From contig JAHBAE010000051.1 in NCBI GenBank assembly GCA_018384485.1, positions 1 through 55,910 on the forward strand: a DNA stretch of 55,910 nucleotides, read 5' to 3'. Every line of letters begins with the position of its first letter. Within the stretch, counting starts at the first letter, position 1. The notes beneath the pieces are model-generated. The model saw only the letters and a list, made by a program, of their open reading frames with translations, did no database searches and was not told where the DNA came from. Below are positions 1 through 8,195 of this stretch, piece after piece. The position numbers and the translations under genes are program-made. The DNA is from Kiritimatiellia bacterium (lineage in GTDB: Bacteria > Verrucomicrobiota > Kiritimatiellia > RFP12 > UBA1067).

Positions 1-170
1 AGCGGAGGAGTTATGTGAGTGAGGAGCGAGGGCAGGAGTCGCCGTAAGAGAGGTAATATATGAAACCAGAGATACGAATCGCGGTGGCGTGCGTAAGCGT
101 ACTTTATTGGCGACGTGCGAAAGGCGATGCCCGAGCGACGAGACCGAACATAAGCTCCGCAGCGAAGATG

Positions 171-338
171 TGTTTAGTAGTTAGTACTTAGTAGTTAGTG
201 CTTAGTGGATAGTGGTTAGTTCGAGTTCGAGAATGGAGATCTTTTCCCTCTAAACTCTAAACTCTAAACTTTCTAAACCTCCCAAACCTCCTAAACCTTC
301 TAAACCCCCATTCCAACATTCGAACATTCAAACATTAC
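171..338. repeat. Composite short-tandem-repeat block. The G/T-rich half has about 6 TTAGTRS heptamers plus 2 x TTCGAG and AATGG. The C/A-rich half has CTAAACT x3, four 9-mers of the YYCYAAACC type, then CCATTC and AACATTC 7-mers.
   Basis: Read directly. 173-236 reads tttagtag ttagtac ttagtag ttagtgc ttagtgg atagtgg ttag ttcgag ttcgag aatgg. 247-338 carries the complementary unit types. A central agatct palindrome lies at 237-242. No ORF of 60 aa or more covers it on either strand. Confidence 0.7.
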
Positions 339-550
339 CCCTTGTCTTCTCCAAGGGGCTTGAGACCTTTGCGAATGTGGCCGAGGCGGTGGCCCTTGGC
401 CCGGACGTGATTGATGTCTCGGGTTCGCTCGAATCCGCACGTGGCGTCAAGTCTATCCCGCTGCTCAGCTCCTTTGTCGCCACCCTGAACGGCTTGAGAA
501 AAAGCTAATTGGGGGGGGAAGTTGTTCCCGTCAATGACCAAAGTAGTCAA
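335..550 (-). CDS. Hypothetical 71-aa protein, possibly a gene remnant, immediately downstream of ilvN
   Basis: The ATG lies 5 nt after the ilvN stop. I recognised no family motif. It contains a C8 homopolymer (G8 on the plus strand at 511-518). It ends inside a 7-bp hairpin. Confidence 0.25.
   Translation of the reverse strand: MTTLVIDGNNFPPQLAFSQAVQGGDKGAEQRDRLDATCGFERTRDINHVRAKGHRLGHIRKGLKPLGEDKG
338..358 (-). terminator. Possible end-of-operon stem-loop (ccccttg / caagggg, 7-nt loop)
   Basis: Perfect 7-bp inverted repeat directly at the stop of the last minus-strand ORF. It is followed on the minus strand by the T-rich stretch TAATGTTTGAATGTT. The U-tract is weak. Confidence 0.3.
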
Positions 551-555
551 TCCGT

Positions 556-819
556 TTATTTCGCCTTTCGCTTCTGACGCGCTGAGACCTCGATGACATT
601 CACCTGGTTGCGGAGCTGAAGGATAATTTGGCTGACGACCTTGCTATCGCCGAGAACATCAATCTTCATGCGGGAGACCGTGCCGTCCTCCGTCGGGCCG
701 ACATTCAGGGCCTGAATATTGTAGCCTCGCCCGGAAATGAGGCCGACCATGCGGGCAAGGACGCCCGGCTTGTTCTCGACGAAGCAGTCGAGCCGCTGCA
801 CGGCTTGTGTTTCTTTCAT
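556..819 (-). CDS. ilvN: Acetolactate synthase small (regulatory) subunit, short ACT-domain form
   Basis: 87 aa. ACT-like N-terminus VENKPGVLARMVGLISGRGYNIQAL. It overlaps ilvB by 4 nt (ATGA). Confidence 0.85.
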   Translation of the reverse strand: MKETQAVQRLDCFVENKPGVLARMVGLISGRGYNIQALNVGPTEDGTVSRMKIDVLGDSKVVSQIILQLRNQVNVIEVSARQKRKAK

Positions 820-2513
820 TTGAAAATCATCTCCTTCACACTCTTGCCGCCCGGAATCATCGGATATACATTCGCTTCTGGCTCGACGATAACCTCGACA
901 AGCGCGGTCTCCTTGCAGTTGATCGCCTTTTTTATCGTCGCATCGAGCTTCGCGGGGTCAATCACGCGAAACGCCCTTGCGCCATGCGCTTCGGCAAGCT
1001 TCACGAAATCCGGCAGATACCGCGCATCCTTCTGCTTGAAGATCGTCTGCGAATAGCGTTTGCCGTAAAAAAGCTCCTGCCACTGGCGAACCATGCCCAA
1101 GCAACCGTTGTTGATGATGACAAACGTGACCGGAAGCTTGTGCTCGACGGCAACCACAACCTCCTCGAACGTCATCTGTGCGCCGCCATCGCCGCAAATA
1201 GCGATTGTCTTGAGATCGGGACGCGCAAACGCTGCGCCAATCGCAGCCGGAATGCCAAAGCCCATCGTACCCATGCCGCCCGAAGAGAGAAAGCGACGCG
1301 GATGGCGATGGCGGATGTACTGCGCGGCCCACATCTGCTGCTGTCCGACGTCCGTGACGATGATCGCCTCGCCTTTCGTCATACGGTCAATCGACTCGAT
1401 GGCCTGCTGTGGCATGATGACGCCCTTGTGCATCACTTCATATGAAATCGGATGCTCAGCCTTCCAGCCCGCAATCCGCTTCAGCCACTCGTCATGCGCC
1501 GCCGCCTTGACACGCGAGTTGACGACCGCAAGGACGTCGCGGACGTCCGCAGCGATGCCGAGGTCGGCATCGACATTCTTGTTCACCTCGGCGGGATCGC
1601 AAATGACATGAACCATCTTCGCCCTCTTCGCGTAGGAGGAGATGCGGCCTGTGACGCGATCTGAGAAGCGAACACCCAATGCCACGATGAGATCGGCCTC
1701 GTCAATCGCATAGTTCGCGCAGGGCGCGCCATGCATACCAGCCATGCCAAGCGAGAGCGGATCCGTTTGGTCAAAGACCCCGAGGCCCATCAGCGTCGTT
1801 GCGACTGGAATCTGCGCCTTGCGCGCGAGGTCGGCCAGTTCCTTCGAGGCGAACGCGGCGATGGCGCCGCCTCCGGCATAGATGACGGGCCGCTTAGCCT
1901 CGTTGATCAGCTTCGCGAGACGGCTGATCTGCGACGAAGTCGCGGAGAGTGCGGGATGATAAGCCCGCAGGCTGACGCGCTCCGGGTACTGCGCCCGGGT
2001 GAACGCCTGCTGGCAGTTCTTCGGAACGTCAATGACGACAGGGCCGGGCTTGCCGTGCGAGGCGATGTAGAAGGCCTGCGCGACGATTTCGGGAATCTCG
2101 TCCGCGCTCTGCACAAGGAAGTTGTGTTTCGTCACGGCGCGGCAGATGCCGGACATGTCCGCCTCCTGGAAAGCGTCAGTGCCGATCTGCGGAAGAGGGA
2201 CCTGCCCCGTGATCACGACCATCGGAACGCCGTCCAGATAAGCCGTTCCGAGGCCAGTGATCACGTTGGTGGCTCCGGGGCCGGAGGTGACGAGGCACAC
2301 GCCGACCTTCCCGGAGCTTCGCGCATAACCATCCGCCATGTGCGCACTGCCTTGCTCGTGACGACCGAGGACAAACTTGAATTTCGCCTCACTCAGGCAG
2401 TCGAAAATATCGATGACCGCGCCGCCTGGATAGCCGAACAAGACCTCTGTCCCGGCCTTTTCCAGAGCTTCGACGAGCGCCATCGCGCCAGTTCTCTCTC
2501 GAATTGTCTTCAT
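816..2513 (-). CDS. ilvB: Acetolactate synthase large (catalytic) subunit, ThDP-dependent
   Basis: 565 aa. Typical AHAS blocks: GYPGGA, HEQGSAHMADGYAR, SGPGATN and the ThDP motif GDGGAQM...NNGCLGMVRQWQ. Confidence 0.95.
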   Translation of the reverse strand: MKTIRERTGAMALVEALEKAGTEVLFGYPGGAVIDIFDCLSEAKFKFVLGRHEQGSAHMADGYARSSGKVGVCLVTSGPGATNVITGLGTAYLDGVPMVVITGQVPLPQIGTDAFQEADMSGICRAVTKHNFLVQSADEIPEIVAQAFYIASHGKPGPVVIDVPKNCQQAFTRAQYPERVSLRAYHPALSATSSQISRLAKLINEAKRPVIYAGGGAIAAFASKELADLARKAQIPVATTLMGLGVFDQTDPLSLGMAGMHGAPCANYAIDEADLIVALGVRFSDRVTGRISSYAKRAKMVHVICDPAEVNKNVDADLGIAADVRDVLAVVNSRVKAAAHDEWLKRIAGWKAEHPISYEVMHKGVIMPQQAIESIDRMTKGEAIIVTDVGQQQMWAAQYIRHRHPRRFLSSGGMGTMGFGIPAAIGAAFARPDLKTIAICGDGGAQMTFEEVVVAVEHKLPVTFVIINNGCLGMVRQWQELFYGKRYSQTIFKQKDARYLPDFVKLAEAHGARAFRVIDPAKLDATIKKAINCKETALVEVIVEPEANVYPMIPGGKSVKEMIFK

Positions 2514-2555
2514 GTAGACTGTGCGGAATGCTGAATGATCTCTGCGTCACAATGC

Positions 2556-3671
2556 TTATTTGCCATTGACGACCTTGCGGCCACCCCAACCCGCCGAAGC
2601 GGCGTTGCCCTTGGCATCTTCGTGCGGACGGAGAGAGCGAACCGCCGCGCCCGCAAGCCACATCTCATGGTTGTGCAGGTCATTGAGCTTCGCCAACATC
2701 TTTTCCTTGTAGTCGGGGCAGCCCGTGTCGCGGATGACCTCCTTCGCCTCCTTCATCGTCTTCACGCTCGTGTAGAGCTTCTTGAATACGGGGAGCGTCG
2801 CCTTCTTGAAGATCGGGCGCCACTTGAGCGCACCGTGCTGGGCGGTCTGCGAACAGTTGCCGTACATCCAGTCCATGCCGTTCTCGTCCACGAGGCGGAT
2901 GAGCGACTGCGTCAACTCCTCGCACGTCTCATTAAACGCCTCGGACGGACTGTGGCCGTTCGCGCGGAGCGTCTCAAACTGGGCCTCCATCACGCCTGCG
3001 AGCGCACCCATGAGGATGCCGCGCTCGCCGACGAGGTCAGACGTCACCTCATTCTGGAATGTGGTCGGGAAGAGGTATCCCGAACCAACCGCGATGCCGA
3101 TCGCCTTCGTGACCTCCTCGACCTTCTTCGCGCTCATCCCGTTCGGCTCAAACGCATACGAGCTGTTGATGCCCGCGCCAGAGAGGAAGTTGCGGCGGAC
3201 AGACGTGCCGGAACCCTTCGGGGCGACCATCACGCAACCGACGCCCTTCTGGGGATGGATGCCGGTGAGCTTGTTGTAGACAAGCCCGAAGCCGTGCGAG
3301 AAGTAAAGATACTTGCCCGGGGTGACAAACTTCTCGATCTTTTTCCAGACCTCCGGAACGGAGCCGTCAGAGACAAGCATCATGACGATGTCGCCCTTCT
3401 CGGCGGCCTCCTCAATGCCGAAGAGTGTCTTGCCCTCGACCCAGCCATCCTTCTTCGCGCGCATCCAGCTTGAGTTCGCCTTCGTGCTCTTGCGCTGCCC
3501 GACGATCACATTGAAGCCGTTGTCACGCATGTTGAGCGCTTGCCCGGGACCCTGAATGCCATAGCCGAGAACGGCAATGGTCTTTCCCTTGAGAACCTGC
3601 TGCGCCTTTTTGAGCGGGAACTCCTTGCGGGTCGTGATGTTTTCAGCAACAGTGCCGAATTTGATTTTCAT
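2556..3671 (-). CDS. ilvC: Ketol-acid reductoisomerase
   Basis: 371 aa. Rossmann motif GYGIQGPGQALNMRDNG. Typical KARI C-terminal knotted-domain blocks. It sits between ilvD and ilvB. Confidence 0.93.
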   Translation of the reverse strand: MKIKFGTVAENITTRKEFPLKKAQQVLKGKTIAVLGYGIQGPGQALNMRDNGFNVIVGQRKSTKANSSWMRAKKDGWVEGKTLFGIEEAAEKGDIVMMLVSDGSVPEVWKKIEKFVTPGKYLYFSHGFGLVYNKLTGIHPQKGVGCVMVAPKGSGTSVRRNFLSGAGINSSYAFEPNGMSAKKVEEVTKAIGIAVGSGYLFPTTFQNEVTSDLVGERGILMGALAGVMEAQFETLRANGHSPSEAFNETCEELTQSLIRLVDENGMDWMYGNCSQTAQHGALKWRPIFKKATLPVFKKLYTSVKTMKEAKEVIRDTGCPDYKEKMLAKLNDLHNHEMWLAGAAVRSLRPHEDAKGNAASAGWGGRKVVNGK

Positions 3672-3710
3672 TTTGTCTTTTCCTTTCGATTGTGGAAACC
3701 TGTAAAGTCC

Positions 3711-5378
3711 TTACTGCTTGAGAGACGCACCTGTCGAGGCGTTTCCGACGAACTGCGCATAGCGTTCGAGCCAGCCGCCCCTGATGCGTGGAACCCATTT
3801 CTTCGCGTTTCTCTTGCGCACGGCAATTTCTTTCTTCGTGAGCTTCGCGTTGATGGCGCGCTTCGGGATGTCGATCGTGATCTCGTCGCCATCCCTGAGC
3901 AGCCCGATTAACCCGCCTTCCGCCGCCTCGGGCGAAACATGACCAACGCACGCGCCGTGCGTCGCGCCGGAGAAGCGTCCGTCGGTGACGAGCGCGACCG
4001 ACTCGCCCAGTCCCGCGCCGATGATGTACGATGTCGGGGCCAGCATCTCTTGCATGCCAGGGCCTCCCTTCGGCCCTTCGTAGCGGATGACGACGACGTG
4101 GCCGGGCTTCACCTTCCCGCCCAGAATGCCCGCGCACGCCTCTTCCTGTGAGTCAAAGCAAAGCGCCTTGCCCGTGAACGACATCATCGACGGCGCAACA
4201 CCGCCTTTCTTGACGACCGATCCGCCTTCCGCGAGATTGCCCCAAAGGACGGCCAGCCCGCCGTCCTGCGAATACGCGTTCGGAATCGTGCGGATAACAT
4301 CGTCATTGCGAATTTTTGCCGCCCGGATCTGCTGGCCAAGCGTCTTGCCCGACACTGTCGGCGCATCAAGATGCAGCATCGCACCCGGAAGTCGCTTCAG
4401 AATCGCCATGACACCGCCTGCGCGGTCAAGGTCACTCACGTGGTAATGTCCGCTCGGAGAGAGCTTGCAGATGTAGGGCGTACGCGCCGAAAGCTCGTTC
4501 ATGCGTTCCAGCGTGAACGCGACTCCCGCTTCACGAGCAATGGCGAGAGTATGGAGGACGGTATTCGTCGAGCCACCCATCGCCATGTCGAGGGTAAGCG
4601 CGTTGTCGAGGGAATTCTTCGTGACAAGCTCTTTCGGCAGGGGGCCTCCCTTCTTCGCCATTGCGACGGCGCGCTTCGCAGCCGCGCGCCACAGCTCCTT
4701 GCGCATTGGGTCGATTGCGAGAATCGTGCCGTTCCCGGGAAGCGCAAGACCAAGGGCCTCATACAGACAGTTCATCGAGTTCGCCGTGAACATGCCGGAG
4801 CAACTGCCGCAACCGGGACAGCTCGTCTCCTCGATCTTTTCGAGATCTTTCGCCGTAATCTTGCCCGAGTTCTCCGCACCGACGCCCTCAAAAACCGTGT
4901 TGAGGTCGGAATCCTTACCCGTAAGCGGATGATGTCCCGGCGCCATTGGCCCGCCCGAGGCGAAAATCGTCGGGATGTTCACGCGCAAGGCACCAATCAG
5001 CATACCCGGCACGATCTTGTCACAGTTCGGCACGCAGATCAGCGCGTCAAAACAATGCGCACGCGCAACCGTTTCAACTGAATCGGCAATCAGCTCGCGC
5101 GACGGCAACGAGTACTTCATGCCGACATGGGCCATCGCAAGGCCGTCGCAGACGGCGATGGTGTTGAACTCCATGGGAACGCCGCCCGCCTCGATGACCG
5201 CCTCCCTGATAATCTGCCCGACATAGTTGAGATGACAATGACCGGGCACAAAGTTCTCATATGAATTGCAGATGCCGATGAACGGTTTCTTCATGTCCGA
5301 GCGCTTCATACCGCAAGCAAAGAGAAGACTGCGGTGCGGAGCTCGCTCCTTGCCTTTCTTGATTTGATCGCTTGTCAT
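3711..5378 (-). CDS. ilvD: Dihydroxy-acid dehydratase
   Basis: 555 aa. IlvD/Edd family blocks: [21 protein letters not shown] and [11 protein letters not shown]. Confidence 0.95.
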   Translation of the reverse strand: MTSDQIKKGKERAPHRSLLFACGMKRSDMKKPFIGICNSYENFVPGHCHLNYVGQIIREAVIEAGGVPMEFNTIAVCDGLAMAHVGMKYSLPSRELIADSVETVARAHCFDALICVPNCDKIVPGMLIGALRVNIPTIFASGGPMAPGHHPLTGKDSDLNTVFEGVGAENSGKITAKDLEKIEETSCPGCGSCSGMFTANSMNCLYEALGLALPGNGTILAIDPMRKELWRAAAKRAVAMAKKGGPLPKELVTKNSLDNALTLDMAMGGSTNTVLHTLAIAREAGVAFTLERMNELSARTPYICKLSPSGHYHVSDLDRAGGVMAILKRLPGAMLHLDAPTVSGKTLGQQIRAAKIRNDDVIRTIPNAYSQDGGLAVLWGNLAEGGSVVKKGGVAPSMMSFTGKALCFDSQEEACAGILGGKVKPGHVVVIRYEGPKGGPGMQEMLAPTSYIIGAGLGESVALVTDGRFSGATHGACVGHVSPEAAEGGLIGLLRDGDEITIDIPKRAINAKLTKKEIAVRKRNAKKWVPRIRGGWLERYAQFVGNASTGASLKQ

Positions 5379-5407
5379 TTCTTTCTTCCCTGCCTGTCCT
5401 CTTTAGT

Positions 5408-5435
5408 AACAAAACCCCGCTCTGCCTGAGCGGGG
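5408..5435 (-). terminator. Intrinsic terminator of the ilv attenuator
   Basis: Minus strand reads CCCCGCTC-aggca-GAGCGGGG followed by TTTTGTT, 29 nt upstream of the ilvD ATG. An upstream GAGCGGG copy (5479-5485) can pair alternatively with the 5-prime arm. Confidence 0.8.
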
Positions 5436-5489
5436 TCTCGTTTCGCTGTCGGTTCAACCGGTTATCAGTGTACGCGCACCCGCTCGACC

Positions 5490-5543
5490 TTATCCAATAA
5501 GGACGAGAAGCACAATGCCAATAACACTAACTCGGCAATTCAT
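5490..5543 (-). CDS. ilv operon leader peptide, 17 aa: MNCRVSVIGIVLLVLIG
   Basis: Hand-translated from atg aat tgc cga gtt agt gtt att ggc att gtg ctt ctc gtc ctt att gga taa. Ten of 17 residues are Val, Ile or Leu. A GAGG Shine-Dalgarno lies about 11 nt upstream. The ORF sits between a promoter and the terminator. Confidence 0.75.
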   Translation of the reverse strand: MNCRVSVIGIVLLVLIG

Positions 5544-5570
5544 AAAGCTATTTACCTCTAATTGACGCGT

Positions 5571-5600
5571 ATTATAGCATAATGTTGTTTCTGTACGCAA
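5571..5600 (-). promoter_or_regulatory. Sigma-70-type promoter of the ilv leader: TTGCGT-N18-TGcTATAAT
   Basis: Minus strand reads ttgcgt acagaaacaacattatgc tataat. Extended -10 TGn is present. Confidence 0.65.
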
Positions 5601-5636
5601 TGGGAAAAAAGAGTTTCTCTTAGTACCGTTTGAAAG

Positions 5637-5713
5637 TGGTCGGAGCGGAGGGATTTGAACCCCCGACATTCTGCTCCCAAAGCAGACGCACTACCAGGCT
5701 GTGCAACGCTCCG
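5637..5713 (-). tRNA. tRNA-Pro (anticodon UGG), CCA encoded
   Basis: Folded by hand into a 77-nt cloverleaf. Acceptor CGGAGCG/CGCTCCG, anticodon loop TTTGGGA, T-loop TTCAAAT, 3-prime ACCA. Confidence 0.95.
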
Positions 5714-5730
5714 TACGTGAAAACAAGTGT

Positions 5731-5739
5731 ATTATACCA
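5731..5739 (-). promoter_or_regulatory. Extended -10 promoter (TGGTATAAT) for tRNA-Pro
   Basis: Minus strand reads tggtataat, ending 17 nt upstream of the tRNA 5-prime end. No good -35 element. Confidence 0.55.
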
Positions 5740-5746
5740 AATTTTC

Positions 5747-7108
5747 TTACGCTTTGGTTATGTGGATTTTTGCCGCGTCAGTTTTATACGCAGATTTTTC
5801 CGAAACATCTATCTCTTCGCAAATCTTTTCCCCTGGCCTCGCACCAATAAAGACAATAGGTATATCAACATACGGCCTATAGCCCGCCTGCCGTATCATT
5901 CCCTCTGCAAGATCAAGTATCTTAACCCTCTGGCCCATATCAAGCGTATAAATAGCCTTCTCCGTGCGCGAAGCTGCCTGAAGAACAAGCCCCACCGCCT
6001 CGGAAACCATCATGAAATACCTCTCCATCCGAGGGTCTGTCACCGTAACAGGACTTCGTGCAGCAATCTGCTCCCTAAAAAGCTGAACTACAGAACCTGA
6101 CGAGCCAAAAACATTGCCGAACCTGACTGCGCAAAAAGAAGTCTCTCCGCCATTAAGCTCCATCACAGCCTTCTCGGCTGCTTTCTTCGTCTTTCCCATA
6201 ACAGAAACGGGGTTCACCGCTTTGTCGGTAGATATAAGAACGAAACGCTTGACGGCATATTCCTTAGAAAGCTTTGCAAGAAGCCTCGTAGCCTCAGTAT
6301 TGTTACGCCACCCCTCCTCCGGGTTCATTTCAACCATCGGAACATGCTTGTACGCGGCCGCATGCAGAACTATCTCAGGCTTGTGCTCTTCAAAAATTTC
6401 ACGCATCGCCCTCTCGTCGTTCACATCCTTCATAAGAGGCAGAGTCTCAACACCCCTCTTCCCTGCGCGCACCTCGCGCTCAATATTATAAAGAGCAGTC
6501 TCTCCGCGCTCAACCATCAGCACCTTCTTCGGCTTCGCGGCAATAACTTGACGCACTATCTCTGAACCGATCGAGCCGCCAGCTCCAGTAACCATGACGA
6601 CCTTGTCTGAAAAAAACTCAGCCGCGCTCTGCCCCATGTGAAGAACTTCACGATTGATGAGAGATTTTTCCGAGGAGCGCATCTCCCAGAACCAGCACCA
6701 CGCAATGCGCCAGATGACAAGAAAAACAGATGCAAGAACGAAACAGATTAATGTTACCGAATACGGCGGACGCACATGCGCAAAAGAATCAAACGGCATT
6801 GCAAAACGCATTGCCGTAAGGACTACGCAAGCTATAAACGCCGCCGCAAAATAGCGCGGCAGATCACGAAGCGACGTTCTGCGCCATGCAAGGCGATAGC
6901 AACCCGTAAGACCAAGAAAAATAAAATGCACGGCCGCGACAACGGAAAAGCTCGACAAAACGGCAAACCAGCCCCATCGCGGCGCCTGCAAATCAAACCT
7001 TAGGAGAATTGCGCCGTAATACGCAAAAGCGAGAGAGACGGCATCTACAGCTACACCCAACAGACGAGTGGCCGCGAAGATGACCGTCTCTTTCGCTTTC
7101 CTATCCAC
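5747..7108 (-). CDS. Membrane-anchored polysaccharide biosynthesis protein, CapD/WbpM/PglF-like NDP-sugar 4,6-dehydratase/epimerase
   Basis: 453 aa. About 4 N-terminal TM helices, then Rossmann VMVTGAGGSIGSE and the AAAYKHVP (YxxxK) motif. Confidence 0.8.
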   Translation of the reverse strand: MDRKAKETVIFAATRLLGVAVDAVSLAFAYYGAILLRFDLQAPRWGWFAVLSSFSVVAAVHFIFLGLTGCYRLAWRRTSLRDLPRYFAAAFIACVVLTAMRFAMPFDSFAHVRPPYSVTLICFVLASVFLVIWRIAWCWFWEMRSSEKSLINREVLHMGQSAAEFFSDKVVMVTGAGGSIGSEIVRQVIAAKPKKVLMVERGETALYNIEREVRAGKRGVETLPLMKDVNDERAMREIFEEHKPEIVLHAAAYKHVPMVEMNPEEGWRNNTEATRLLAKLSKEYAVKRFVLISTDKAVNPVSVMGKTKKAAEKAVMELNGGETSFCAVRFGNVFGSSGSVVQLFREQIAARSPVTVTDPRMERYFMMVSEAVGLVLQAASRTEKAIYTLDMGQRVKILDLAEGMIRQAGYRPYVDIPIVFIGARPGEKICEEIDVSEKSAYKTDAAKIHITKA

Positions 7109-7120
7109 GCAATTCGGGAA

Positions 7121-8128
7121 TTACTCCCACTCGATTGTTGCGGGAGGCTTGGGAGTGATATCCCAGACGACGCGGTTGACGCCTTTTACCTTTGTCGCAA
7201 TCTTCTCTGCAACAGACACAACAAACTTGAAAGGAAGCTCGACAATGCCTGCGTGGACGAATTGCGAAGTGGAAACGGCGCGAATCGCAATAACATAACC
7301 GAATGTGCGAGCCCCCTTCGTAACACCAACCGATTTGACATTCGTCATAACAGCAAAGAACTGCTGCGCCTTCTTATCGAGGCCAGATTTTGCCATTTCA
7401 TCGCGGAAGATAAAATCGGCTTTGCGGAGAATATCAAGCTTCTCTTTCGTGAGCTCTCCGAGGCACCTAACCGCAAGACCAGGACCAGGGAACGGCTGAC
7501 GCATCACCATCTCTTCAGGGATTCCGAGAGCCTTGCCGACTTTACGGACCTCATCCTTGTAAAGATACTTCACAGGCTCGACAAGACCCTTGAAAACGAT
7601 ATCCTTCGGGAGCCCGCCCACATTGTGGTGAGCTTTCACCGCCTTGTGCCCGCCCACGCCGGACTCGATAATATCAGGATATATCGTGCCTTGGCCGAGA
7701 AATTCAATATCGCCGAATTTCTTTTTCAAATCGCGCGCTACATCCGCAAAGAGATTGATAAATTCTCCGCCGATGATTTTGCGCTTCTGCTCGGGATCGG
7801 TAACACCGGCCGCCTTATCGAGAAAACGCTTCTCGGCATCGATTTGAATAAGATTGATGCCGAACTTGCCTTTGAAAATGCGCTTGACTTCTTTAGCTTC
7901 ATTAAGCCTCATGCAGCCATGATCGACAAAAACACAAGTAAGCTGCTTGCCGATAGCCTTCTGCAGCAAAACTGCGCATACGGAACTGTCAACGCCGCCG
8001 GACATCGCAAGGAGAACCCTCTTGTCGCCGACTTGAGACCTTATTGCTTCAATCTCGTTCTTAATATATTTTTTTACATTGAAGACTTTGCCTATTTTGG
8101 CAATACGCTCTTTTTCTGCTTGAACCAC
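7121..8128 (-). CDS. guaA: GMP synthase ATP-pyrophosphatase plus dimerisation domains only (GuaA C-terminal part; no glutamine amidotransferase domain)
   Basis: 335 aa. PP-loop SGGVDSSV, then TCVFVDHGCMRLNE, and a C-terminus ending IEWE as in GuaA. GTG start with GGAAGGAG Shine-Dalgarno. Confidence 0.85.
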   Translation of the reverse strand: MVQAEKERIAKIGKVFNVKKYIKNEIEAIRSQVGDKRVLLAMSGGVDSSVCAVLLQKAIGKQLTCVFVDHGCMRLNEAKEVKRIFKGKFGINLIQIDAEKRFLDKAAGVTDPEQKRKIIGGEFINLFADVARDLKKKFGDIEFLGQGTIYPDIIESGVGGHKAVKAHHNVGGLPKDIVFKGLVEPVKYLYKDEVRKVGKALGIPEEMVMRQPFPGPGLAVRCLGELTKEKLDILRKADFIFRDEMAKSGLDKKAQQFFAVMTNVKSVGVTKGARTFGYVIAIRAVSTSQFVHAGIVELPFKFVVSVAEKIATKVKGVNRVVWDITPKPPATIEWE

Positions 8129-8160
8129 GGAATAACTCCTTCCATTTGTGTTTGCGTTGT

Positions 8161-8169
8161 ATTATACCA
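8161..8169 (-). promoter_or_regulatory. Extended -10 promoter (TGGTATAAT) for the guaA-like gene
   Basis: Minus strand reads tggtataat, 32 nt upstream of the GTG start. It is back-to-back with the plus-strand promoter. Confidence 0.5.
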
Positions 8170-8178
8170 AAAAAGTTG

Positions 8179-8187
8179 TGCTATAAT
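8179..8187 (+). promoter_or_regulatory. Extended -10 promoter (TGcTATAAT) for 8196..8864; near-leaderless
   Basis: TATAAT ends 8 nt before the ATG at 8196. There is no room for a Shine-Dalgarno. Confidence 0.5.
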
Positions 8188-8195
8188 ACGCGGAT

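Noticed and set aside
1-170. Purine-rich non-coding stretch at the window start, possibly part of a structured RNA or intron
   Set aside because: I could not recognise any conserved RNA signature (group II domain V, RNase P, tmRNA, 6S, SRP). The region is cut by the window edge. The evidence is insufficient for any call.
171-338. Possible CRISPR array or rRNA/tRNA-related repeat
   Set aside because: The units are only 6-9 nt with no spacers, so this is a microsatellite-type tandem repeat and not a repeat-spacer architecture. There are no cas genes in the window.
1731-3473. Two consecutive plus-strand ORFs of 267 and 312 aa
   Set aside because: They are antisense to ilvB and ilvC. Their Arg/Ala/Leu-rich translations are typical of the reverse frame of GC-biased genes. 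The ilvB and ilvC calls are unambiguous.
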